From assembly GCA_001662655.1 (NCBI GenBank), contig KV460206.1: a DNA stretch of 64,000 nt. The stretch is one strand, 5' to 3'. This DNA is from Pseudogymnoascus verrucosus (lineage: Eukaryota). Shown here piece after piece: positions 53,778 to 64,000 of the stretch (positions are counted from its first letter, which is position 1; every line of letters starts with the position of its first letter). The notes under the pieces are model-generated. The model ran no database searches, had not been told where the DNA came from, and saw only the letters and a program-made list of their open reading frames with translations. Made by a program: the position numbers and the translations under genes.

Positions 53778-55168
53778 TTAATTCGAGCTCCTCAAACTCC
53801 CACCCCCCTCCACCCTCCTCAGAATCTCCGGCTTACACCCCTCCACCCCATCAATACCCGCCAACCCCAAACTCATCTCGAAATCCGCCAATAACCCCCT
53901 CAACACCTGTTTCGCCCCTTCCGCGCCACCGACTGCGAATCCATACACAGCTGGCCGTCCTACTAGCACTGCTTCTGCGCCGAGACTGAGGGCTTTAATA
54001 ACATCCACCCCCGTCCGGATGCCCGAGTCGAATAAGACGGTGATTTTATCCCCTACCGCAGCTGCAATCTCAGGAAGAACTTCAAGAGATCCAATCGCCC
54101 CGTCGACTTGTCGCCCGCCGTGGTTAGATACCACTATACCGTCCATACCGGCTTCAACTGCTAGTCTAGCGTCGTCGACGTGTTGAATCCCCTTCAACAC
54201 AATCTTCCCCCCCCACCACCCCCTCAACATCTTCAAATCCTCCCACGTCCTACTCCGCCCCGGACACACCTCCCTCACCCACCCCGCACTCGCATGTCCG
54301 ATTTTCTCCTCCGGCGTCGCCCCATCCATAGCAGCCGCAAACCCGGCGCGGAATACAGGATCGCTGAACCCGACTGCGTTGCCCACGCCTTCCATGAAGG
54401 GGATGTAACCTTCGTCTAGGTCTGCGGGGCGCCAGGCGAGGGACCAGGTGTCGAGGGTTACTACTAGCACGCTGAAGCCGGAGGTGGTGGCGCGGGTGAG
54501 GAGGGAGCGCGTTATGGCGTCTGTGGAGGGCCAGTAGAGTTGGAACCAGCTGGGGGGGGGTTAGTGGGGGGTTTCTTTAGAAAATAGAGAGAGGGGGAAG
54601 ACGAACCGGTGCCCCGATCCTGATGCCTCGGCGACTTCTTCGATGGTGCTGCTTGCTGCTGTGGACATGATGTAGGGGACTCCGATGTCTGCGCATGCTT
54701 TTGCGAGACCGACTTCCCTATCCTTGTGAAAGATAGTTTGCACGCCCACCGGCGCCATTAAGATGGGTGAATCTGCACACCTATTAGCCCTACTCCATCC
54801 CTCCCCTTTATATGACACCCCGTAGACCCCGCGCACTCACCATACTTAACCCCAAACAACTCCACCCCCACCTTCTTCGCCGACGTATCCCTCAACATGC
54901 GCGGCACGAGCGCCCACCGCCGGAACGCCTGCCGGTTCGCGTCCATGGTGGCGCGCTCGCCGGCGCCGCCGGCGACATAGTTGTATGAGCGCAGGGGGAG
55001 GGCGGCGCGGGCTTGTTCCTCGAGCTTGTTGGGGTTGGTGGTTATGAGGGGTTTCTTGCCGTGGAGGATGGAGGAGGTGTAGAGCTCGGTTTGGAAGGCA
55101 GAGTAGTTGGGGGGAGCGGGGGAGGAGGGGGAGGGGTTAGAGGCGGCGGAGGGAGCAGTTGAGGACAT
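53778..55168 (-). CDS. FMN-dependent alpha-hydroxy acid oxidase/dehydrogenase (lactate 2-monooxygenase-like), 2 introns
   Basis: YVAGGAG, LVPRMLR, MAPVGVQ, WFQLYW, VTLDT, LKGI, VSNHGGRQVDG, DSGIRTG. Confidence 0.9.
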
Positions 55169-56092
55169 GGTGGGGGATGGGGGTTGGGGTTGGATAGGGA
55201 TTAGAGATGCTTTGAGGGTATAGGAGGATGATTTCAGAAAGATGATGGGTTATGGGAGTGTTGTGAGGATGGAGAGTGTCATACAGCGGTTATCATGTTA
55301 TGTTGGAGGGGCATATGAAGTCAGCCTCGGCCTGTTGCGTTCCCCGCACCTTGTGCATTCGCTGGACTAATGGAATATTATAAAGTCGAGCAGCGCCACA
55401 AACTCTTGGTTGTGTTCCTGTATCTATTCTTTACGAGACCTGTTTTATTATGCCAGCCTGGATCACAGGCAGGACATGTGGATATAGAGAGGACCCTCCG
55501 GTATAGTGTCTCACCTTTAAATACTAAACTCAACACTTGAGTAATCACCTTATTTCTATACCATACGCACTATATACACCACGGACACGGGGTATATGTT
55601 CCACTACGGAGCATAGAAACTCAACCCCCGACAAACCCGCGTGGAGTTCCAAAAAGCTTGTTGATCGCAACGTCACCCCCCCAAGCGTTTCAAGCGAGGT
55701 TAACCCCAACCTACCCCGCAATTTCCACCCCCCACCTCCGTCGCACCCACCCACCTGTACCACCCTAAACAACGCCAAACTCACTGACTCGGACATTTCG
55801 ACAGCCACCCCCCTCTAAGCCCCATCAACGCCGAGGATACAGCTTCCTCTACGGATGAAAGGGCGCGGATAGTCGGAGTAACTTTGATCAACGCGGGGTC
55901 TATAGATAAAATTCTCATATATATACAACATTTCTACATCAGCCCATTCTCAGAGCTTGAACACTTCATCATCTCACCTCCATCCCACAAGTGAATTGAA
56001 AAGACCCTACCTACACTTCTCATCCATCCCTTACCACCTCCAAGCAACCCACATCCCCAGATCCTCGTCGCCTCGACACCCCGCATCTCAAA

Positions 56093-57384
56093 ATGGCCGA
56101 AGCAGCAGCAGCTCCCCAGACCTTCGACATCCCCGCCACCTACAAAGCCGCCGTCTACGATGCCCCCGGCACAATGTCCACCAAGATCGAGACGCTCGAC
56201 ACTCCCACCCCCGGCCCCGGCGAGGTCCTCGTGCGCCTGTAAGTCCATCTGCATCTGCCTACCTCCCAAACCTACAGTCCCCAGAGCGAGCACACCCCGC
56301 TAACCACCCCCCAGCACCCACTCCGGCGTCTGCCACTCCGACCTGGGCGTCATGACAAACTCCTGGAAGGGCCTCCCCTTCCCTACTCAGCCCGGTCAGG
56401 TCGGCGGCCACGAGGGCGTCGGCGTCATTCACAAGCTCGGCCCCGCTGCCGGACCTAGCAACGTCAAGGTCGGCGACCGCGTTGGTATTAAGGTTTGCAT
56501 CCCCCTCCCAAAACCATCCAAGAAACCCAAACTAATGCCTCCTAGTGGATCTCCTACGCCTGCGGCTCCTGCGCCGCCTGCTCCGTGGGCGCCGACGGCG
56601 TGTGCTTCGTACGTCCCCCCTCCCCCCTCTCTTCCTCTACACTAGCTAACACGCAACCTAGAACCAAAAGATCTCCGGCTACTACACCCCCGGCACCTTC
56701 CAACAATACGTCCTCGCCCCCGCCTCCTACGTAACCCCCATCCCCGCCGGTCTAAAATCCGAAGCCGCCGCGCCCCTTCTCTGCGCCGGTCTAACCTCCT
56801 ACGCCGCGCTCCGCAAATCCGGCGCACAGTCTGGTCAATTCGTCGTCATCGCCGGTGCGGGCGGTGGACTGGGACATCTGGCTATCCAGATTGGTGCTAA
56901 GGGGATGGGATTGAGGATGATTGGAGTTGATCACGGGTCTAAGGAGGAGTTAGTCAAGGAGAGTGGCGCGGAGGCGTTCTTCGATGTCACGAAGTTCGAT
57001 GATAAGGGACTGGCGGAGGAGATTAAGAAGGTTACTGGTGGCCTTGGAGCGCACGCCGTGATTGTGTGCACGGCGGTGAACAAGGCGTATGCGCAGTCCC
57101 TGGGCTTGCTGAGGTTTGGGGGAACGGTGGTGTGTGTGGGTATGCCGGAGGGGGAGCTGGTGCCGATTGCGAGTGCGGATCCCGGGTCGTTGGTGGCGAG
57201 GCAGTTGACGATTGTGGGGTCGGCGGTGGGTAATCAGAGGGAGGCGGCGGAGGTGTTGGAGTTGGCGGCGAGGGGACTGGTGTCGACGCATATGAGGGTT
57301 GAGAAGCTGGATAATCTGACGGAGGTGTTTAAGGAGATGGAGGGGGGGAAGTTGCAGGGACGGGTGGTTATTGATTTGGAGTAG
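56093..57384 (+). CDS. Zn-dependent alcohol dehydrogenase (3 introns)
   Basis: [15 protein letters not shown], CxxCxx[22 protein letters not shown]. Confidence 0.92.
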
Positions 57385-57823
57385 GGGGTTGAGTTTGGAG
57401 TAGAGGTATGGGAGGCGAATGGGTGGCTTGAATGAAGAATCATATTTGTATTCCTTTGCTGCGGGTTCCTTGCCGTGTCTGGACCAAAATTTGAATGCAG
57501 GCTTCCTTAGATCACTCATCAATCCGCTCGGAATAAGGGGCGCGAAGATGGGTGGCCGTATATTACGTTTGGCCGCACTTGTCGGAGGCGACGGCGTGTG
57601 TTGATATCTGTCAAGTAGTTCGACCATTAAGGAGAGATGCTGCAGAATCGAAATCCATTCACTATGCGTAATTCAAAGACTTGCACCACCATGATGATAC
57701 AATTCTATACTTCTCAATATAGCCACCGTGCCAACACTCATCGTACACTGCCTACTATACACGTCTCTATGTAAGCCTAAAACGCCTTTTTATATATGCT
57801 ACAATCACCCCCCCTTTCCTCCC

Positions 57824-58819
57824 CTACCGCGTGAACTGCGGGCCCTGGAACTTGCTATCCCCAGCCGCATCCGCCACCACATTCCAATCAATGCGATCCC
57901 ACCACGCCTCCAAGAACTGCTTCTTCTGGAGCACACCCCAATCCGGCATGTACACGTGCTGCCACGTGCTCACACACAATATCGGGTTAACATCCACACC
58001 TCCCGGCGCCGACTTCGCCGACGCGCTGAACGGACCATGCGCACCGACCGTGTTGGCAATCGGCATATTCGCAATAGCCTGCTGGCGGTAGTACTCGGCC
58101 GCATTAGCCGGGTCGGCAGACACAGGCGCGGACTCGGTGTTCATGTCCTTAGTCTGGCGGCGCCAGTGGGCGCCTGGGTAAGGGGAGCCGGCGATGTAGG
58201 TGGTGAGGAGCGCGTATTTGCCCTCCTTGGTCTTGACGAGCCAGACGAAGCCGGGGCCGAACATGGCGTTGGCGGTTGCGACGAATTCCTTGCGCAGGGT
58301 GTCGATTGAGGAGAAGGAGGCTTCGAGACCGCGTTGCAGGGAGGCGGGCATGGTGGTCGTCTCGGTCGAGAGGGTGGAGAAGAAGAAGTGGTTGTTGTGC
58401 GCCATGGAGGCGTGGTTGAAGAGGGACGCCATGGATGGCTGGCGCGCGTACTTGATGAGGAGGTTCTTGGTCGAGCTCGAGTAGTCTTCTCCGGATCCTA
58501 GGTGGTGTTAGCCGGAGGCTTCAGAAGGGGTGGTGGATGACGGGAGGGAGGGCAGCGCGAGTCAATTGCAGAGTCGTGCACTTGTACAAGCAAATTGCCA
58601 GGGCGAGAGGGATTGTAGAAGCCATCCAAGAGAATACGCACCAACTGTGAGGGCATTGAGCTTCTCAAGCATCAACCCTTGGTATTCGGTCCACGCAATT
58701 CTGAAGCCATCCTGAGTGAGGAGGCCCGGAATACCCTCCTGGAACTTCTCCAAAGGCGGCAGTCTGTGTATCGATCTCCGCAGAGTCGGCAGTGCCCGGA
58801 TAATGCGTGGCCGTAACAT
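57824..58819 (-). CDS. Fe/Mn-SOD-fold mitochondrial small-subunit ribosomal protein (Rsm26/Mrp1-like), 1 intron
   Basis: Presequence MLRPRIIR, LFNHASMAHNNHFFF and FGPGFVWLV. CVSTWQHVY replaces the SOD motif DxWEHAY. Confidence 0.8.
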
Positions 58820-59154
58820 TTTGATGGTAGTGATGCTTGTCGCTGTATATCCACCCCAAGGATTTTACTGAAGCTCTACAAATAATTTCTGCCTAGGATG
58901 CAAGGCTTAGACGGTAACGGAGATACGATTTGCCGATATGCAAGGGGTCAATTGCCACCCGAGGTATCTCCGACCGACGCGAGGCGAGCTCCGATGAGCG
59001 ACTCTTGGATCGTGGATACAGACGGGAAGGTGGATGAGATATCAATCTGCTAATGCCCATACATGCGTTCTTAATATGCAAAGTTATAGAAGTTGTATGG
59101 CAAGAGTAGGATTCTTGCGGCATCCCCCCTGAATACTGTGCATGCTTGTTTCCC

Positions 59155-61624
59155 ATGGGGACAAGCACTTGGATGTCAGATATGAACGAGCAAGTGGATC
59201 TCATGCGAGAGAGGGAGTATCCCATGCTCAAAGGTATGCGTAAATCAGTTATATTTAATATTTAATATTAGGAAACTAATTGTCGATGTAGATGAAATAT
59301 ACCTCGACCATGCCGGAACAACTCTCTACGCAAAGTCTCTCATGGAGCGGTTCGCCACCGAAATGATATCGAACCTCTACGGAAACCCCCACTCTGCCTC
59401 CCCCTCCTCCCAGGCATCTACGGCGCGGATTGACGATGTACGGATAAGGGTTCTGGAGTTTTCCAATGCCGACCCGGTCGATTTCGATGTCGTCTTCGTC
59501 GCCAATGCGACTGCTGGGATAAAACTCGTCATGGATGCATTCCGCTCGCGTGACGATGGTTTCACATATGGCTACCACAGCGACTCACATACAAGCCTCG
59601 TTGGCGTTAGGGAAACGGCTGTAGAAAGCCTTTGCCTTGGCAGCAACGATGTTGAGGCTATGATATCTGGATCGCTGCCGTTCTTCAATGGTGGCGGGGA
59701 CGGCCGGTTGGCGCTTTTTGCCTATCCTGCACAATCGAACATGAATGGAAGGAGGCTACCACTCCGTTGGACAGGCCAATTGCGCACGGCTTCTGAGGGG
59801 ACATCAAAGATATATACGCTGCTGGATGCGGCGGCTCTGGTGTCAACCTCGAAGCTAGACCTAGGTGATGTCCGGAACGCCCCGGATTTTACAGTCCTCA
59901 GCTTCAATAAAATCTTCGGCTTCCCGGACCTAGGGGCGCTGATAGTGCGAAGAGACTCTGCAGATGTCCTGCAGGGCCGCAAATATTTTGGAGGTGGAAC
60001 GGTCGAGACTGTCGCTTGTATCAAGGAGCAATGGCATGAGCCAAAGGTTGAAAATATACACGCGAGTCTTGAGGATGGTACCCTACCAATGCACAATATT
60101 ATGGCCCTCGGAATAGCTATGGATGTCCATAAGGAGCTGTATGCGTCGATGGATAGTATATCCGAGCACACGCTGTCTTTAGCACAAAAGCTCTACTCTA
60201 GCCTCAGGCTGCTGAAACATGCTAATGGGGCTGACGTATGTCGGCTTTACGTGAGAGACGCTCATTCCTTCGAGGACAAGTCTACACAAGGTCCTATTGT
60301 CACATTCAACTTGATGGATAGTCATGGTGCATGGGTCAGCAACACCGAGGTCGAGAAGCTAGCAACGGTTCGGAAAATACATATCCGAACTGGTGGACTC
60401 TGCAACCCCGGTGGCATAGCCAAAGCCCTCGACCTCTCGCCATGGGAGCTTAGGAGAAATTTCTCCGCAGGTTACAGATGCGGCGGCGACAACGACATAA
60501 TCTCCGGCAAGCCCACCGGCGTCATTCGAGCCAGTCTAGGTGCCATGAGCACCCTCCGCGATATCGACCGATTCATCGAATTCATCCAGGAATTCTACGT
60601 CGAGAACGCCCCCTCCCCCTCCCAAATCCCCCTTCCCCCCTCCACCGAAAACACCCTCTACGTCGAGTCCCTCACCATCTTCCCCATCAAAAGCTGCGGC
60701 GGCCTCCCCATCCCCCCCTCCACCGACTGGGAAGTCCGCCCCGAAGGCCTCGCCTGGGACCGCGAATGGTGTCTCATCCACAAAGGCACCGGCCAAGCCC
60801 TCAGCCAAAAGCGGTACCCGCGCATGGCCCTCCTCCGACCCTCTATCAACTTCGCAACAGGCCACCTCATAGTCACATACCTCGACCAGTGCCTCCTCGT
60901 CCCCCTCTCCCCTGACCCTTCGCTCTTTGAGCCTGCGCAGCGCGCACTCGGCGCTCGCGTATGCGGTGATAATGTCGCGGCGCAGACATACGCACAACCG
61001 CACATCAGCGCCTTCTTCTCCGACGCTCTCGCTGTTCCATGCACCCTCGCACGCTTCCCAGCCGGCGGCGCCGGTCTGACCACTCGCCACTCAAAGGCGC
61101 ATATGCAGCGGCACCAGCGCCCCAAGAGGCCCCCATCATGGGCCTCCATTCCCGGCGCCTTTCCCCCCACACCACCAGACTCTGATAGCGAGTGTGCCAT
61201 GGCGCCGCGCCCAATCCTCTTATCGAATGAAAGCCCGATTCTTCTAGTCCACCGCGCGAGCTTAGACGCGCTCAACGCCACCATCCGCTCCACCGGCGGT
61301 AAAGAAGCTGATGCGGCGGTGTTTCGGGGGAATGTGGTTGTTGGGTCTCGCGGCGGCGGGGAGGCGTATGCGGAGGATCAGTGGGGGGCTGTGAGGATTG
61401 GGGGGGTGGGGTTTAAGATGCTTGGGGCGTGTAGGAGGTGTTATATGGTGTGTGTGGATCAGGTGACGGGGGTGAAGGATGAGGAGCCGTTTGTGACGCT
61501 GGCGAGGACGAGGAGGTTTGAGGGGAAGGTGTTTTTTGGGGGGCATATGTGTGTTGATCCTGGAACGAGGGGGAGGACGATTAGGGTTGGGGATGTGGTG
61601 GAGGTGGAGGGAGGGGGGTTGTAG
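59155..61624 (+). CDS. hxB: Molybdenum cofactor sulfurase; intron 59234-59291; start 59155 or 59173
   Basis: REYPMLK|DEIYLDHAGTT, YGNPHS, LLDAAA, SFNKIFGFPDLG, RTGGLCNPG, and a MOSC domain (PIKSC...WDREW, FRGN, CRRC). Confidence 0.93.
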
Positions 61625-61933
61625 GGATGGTTGGGTATTTGGATAGCTGTTTGGATGGCTGAATCTATTTATGGTACTTGGTTTATAACATTATATTTTG
61701 TATAAAGCAAGCAATTGCTGCAAGGAAGGTATGAATCTGTGCTTCGGCGATTGGTAGAAATAATACATTGATACATTGGATATTCGATATCTCCAAAGAG
61801 CGCAGCGTTGGTATACGAAAAACGACTATTAAACCCCCATCCCACCCATATAACAACCAAACTCCCCCAACCCCCCCCCCCCAGCACCTTCCCTTTCCCC
61901 CCAAAAAAGCAAAAAACACCTCCTGCAAACAAC

Positions 61934-63157
61934 CTACCTCCTCAGACCCGGACTCCCCCTCCCACTCTCAGGACTAAACCTCGACGGACTCAACCTCGTC
62001 CCCTCCCCCTCCCTCGCCGGCATAACCGGCAACACATACGGCTCCCCCTGCCCAACCCCCCTCAAATCCGCCCGCTCCATCATCTCCGTAAAAGTAGTCT
62101 GCGCCGACTGCCTCCGCTCCTCCACCCCCAACCCGCCGCTGCGCGCCGTACTCGGATCAGCGAAGATATTAATACTCTCCGAGCTGGGCTCTCGTCTCAG
62201 CTGGCCCCCTACAGCAGGCGCCTCCTGTTGATACGCTCTTAAATCGCGATCTGGCATCGGTGGGGCCACGCGCCGCGGGGATGGCGAGGACGGGAGGCCC
62301 ATTCCCAATCCACGCGTCTGTCGCGCTCCTGCCGCCGCTGAGGAGGATTTCCGAAACAGGCTGCGCACCCGACTGATCCCCGTAGCGGGCGTGCCGCTCG
62401 AAGTGCCCGGGCTGGAAGGCTGGTAGCGGCGCACGAAATCGGTGCGGAAGTCTGAGCCTTGGTAGGTGGGGGATGAGATTTTGGGGGCGCGGGCGTCGGC
62501 GCGGCGGCGGCGGGCGCCGAGGAGGCAGAATGTGGTGAGGGAGAGGAGGATGCCGGCTAGGATGCCGGGGAGGAGGCCGGTGAGGATGGCGGTTGTGGGG
62601 AAGCGGGGACAGGTTGCTGGGATGGCGGTGGGGTTGATGGAGAGGGCGGAGATGGTCGTAGAGGTGTCTCCGGCGGAGGTCGAGTCTGCTGGGAGTGTGG
62701 AGGTGGAGGATGGTGATGTGGATGAGGCTGGGGAGGATGGGGGGGGGAGGAGCTTCTGGTCTAGGTCCTGGACGCAGATTGCTGTTTTGCCGGTGCCGGA
62801 ACAGGTGAAGCCGAAGGGGCAGCATTTGTCGCCGCATGCCGGCAGCTGGGTGCCGGTTAGATCGGTTGTCTTGACGGTTGATTCGGGGTGGAGGGTGGCG
62901 TTTTGGTATGGGGTGCCGCAGAGGATTGGGTTGATGGCGGTGCAATCTCCGCCAGCGGGGCAGCAGAGAAGCGTGGTGTTCGAGGCGAGAGTGATGCAGC
63001 TTGAGCCGCTGGGACAGCAGAAGTTGGAGGGGAAACCGGAGCCGTCGCAGAAGTCGAAGTTGGCAGGGCATGCTGCTGAGGTTGTGGTGATGAGGTGGGT
63101 GAGGGTGGCTAGGAGTGTTAGAGCCAGACCCAGAGGGTTGAGGTTTTGTTTCCGCAT
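61934..63157 (-). CDS. Type I membrane protein with a Cys-rich ectodomain and Ser/Thr stalk
   Basis: Signal peptide (LGLALTLLATL), repeated CCP motifs, a Ser/Thr linker, one transmembrane segment followed by RRRR, and a long cytoplasmic tail. Confidence 0.8.
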   Translation of the reverse strand: MRKQNLNPLGLALTLLATLTHLITTTSAACPANFDFCDGSGFPSNFCCPSGSSCITLASNTTLLCCPAGGDCTAINPILCGTPYQNATLHPESTVKTTDLTGTQLPACGDKCCPFGFTCSGTGKTAICVQDLDQKLLPPPSSPASSTSPSSTSTLPADSTSAGDTSTTISALSINPTAIPATCPRFPTTAILTGLLPGILAGILLSLTTFCLLGARRRRADARAPKISSPTYQGSDFRTDFVRRYQPSSPGTSSGTPATGISRVRSLFRKSSSAAAGARQTRGLGMGLPSSPSPRRVAPPMPDRDLRAYQQEAPAVGGQLRREPSSESINIFADPSTARSGGLGVEERRQSAQTTFTEMMERADLRGVGQGEPYVLPVMPAREGEGTRLSPSRFSPESGRGSPGLRR

Positions 63158-64000
63158 CGCGGTGATGGGGTTGTGGTGTTCGAATATATGTAGGTTCGTC
63201 TTCCAAGCCCTCGAAAATAGTGTAGAAGGCAGAAGCCTCAAGCCGTCGGAAGTAGTGTAAAAGGCAGAAGCCTATCCAAGTTTATAGTGGTCCTGTCGCT
63301 TGAAGTGATTTCACCGAATGCTTCCTCTTCAAACCCCAAAATCGTTGTGTATTCTTCACCTCCCAAGATCTCTCGATGATCGTATATTCTTCACCGTTCC
63401 TTGCGTCCAAAAAAACAAGCAGCAGAGAGAAGGCGTGAACAGAACAGAGAGAAAGACGGTGCGTGAAACAAAAACGAAATCCAAAGAAACAAAGGAACCA
63501 CCTACCACCACCCCTAACCATCTGACTCCCTCAGTCCCACCATCCCCTTCCGGGAAACACAAAGAGAGAGCCCCCATCTCCATCCATCGCGCTCGCCCTC
63601 CACCACACGCGCGCGACGACCACCACAAATAGCACAACGCGTCCCACACTCCCTTCAACGCCCACACCACACATTCACAGCACTCACCTTTGTCCTTCCT
63701 CCACCCACGTCACTCCTACCCCCTGTCCACGCACCTCCACCCCCCGACGCGCGCGCCGAAACAAAGCTTACGCGCGCCTGCGGGTTGACTGGCTATCGGC
63801 GCTTGCAACTCGATAAGAAAAGAACGGGCGAGGCTATGCTGTGGATCAATCAACCTGTGGTGGTACTCTCTTGAGGATTTTCCAGGGAAGAGGGTTGTGG
63901 ACGGGGATGATTGGTTGTGGGTAAAGTTAGGTGTTTCGGCGCTTATGAGGCGCGTAGAGGGCGGGCTTGCTGATTGGCCGGCTGGCTTTACGCCCCGAAT

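Overview
Gene-dense, intron-containing chromosomal DNA from a filamentous ascomycete (Pezizomycotina). A Leotiomycete such as Pseudogymnoascus is my guess from gene style and composition, not a verified assignment. About 23 protein-coding genes can be reconstructed. Recognisable ones are a GH43 endo-arabinanase, CAP2, an NAD-dependent epimerase, TOP1, ATP3, a BAH-PHD chromatin reader, an ENA-type Na+-ATPase, MPH1/FANCM, RIB4, ADE8, CYP51, a SWIM-finger protein, an FMN alpha-hydroxy acid oxidase, an alcohol dehydrogenase, a SOD-fold mitoribosomal protein and hxB. The first ~4.4 kb looks accessory: a PD-(D/E)XK nuclease-like gene, a fold-back overlapping a tRNA-Gly-like half, a probable solo LTR and two paralogous small Cys-rich ORFs. 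The most notable unannotated signal is a ~2 kb non-coding, helix-rich segment (~12.9-14.9 kb). It carries a TTAGGG template (ACCCTAAC) directly behind a boundary-type helix, making it a candidate telomerase RNA gene. All calls come from manual reading; no searches or folding programs were run.
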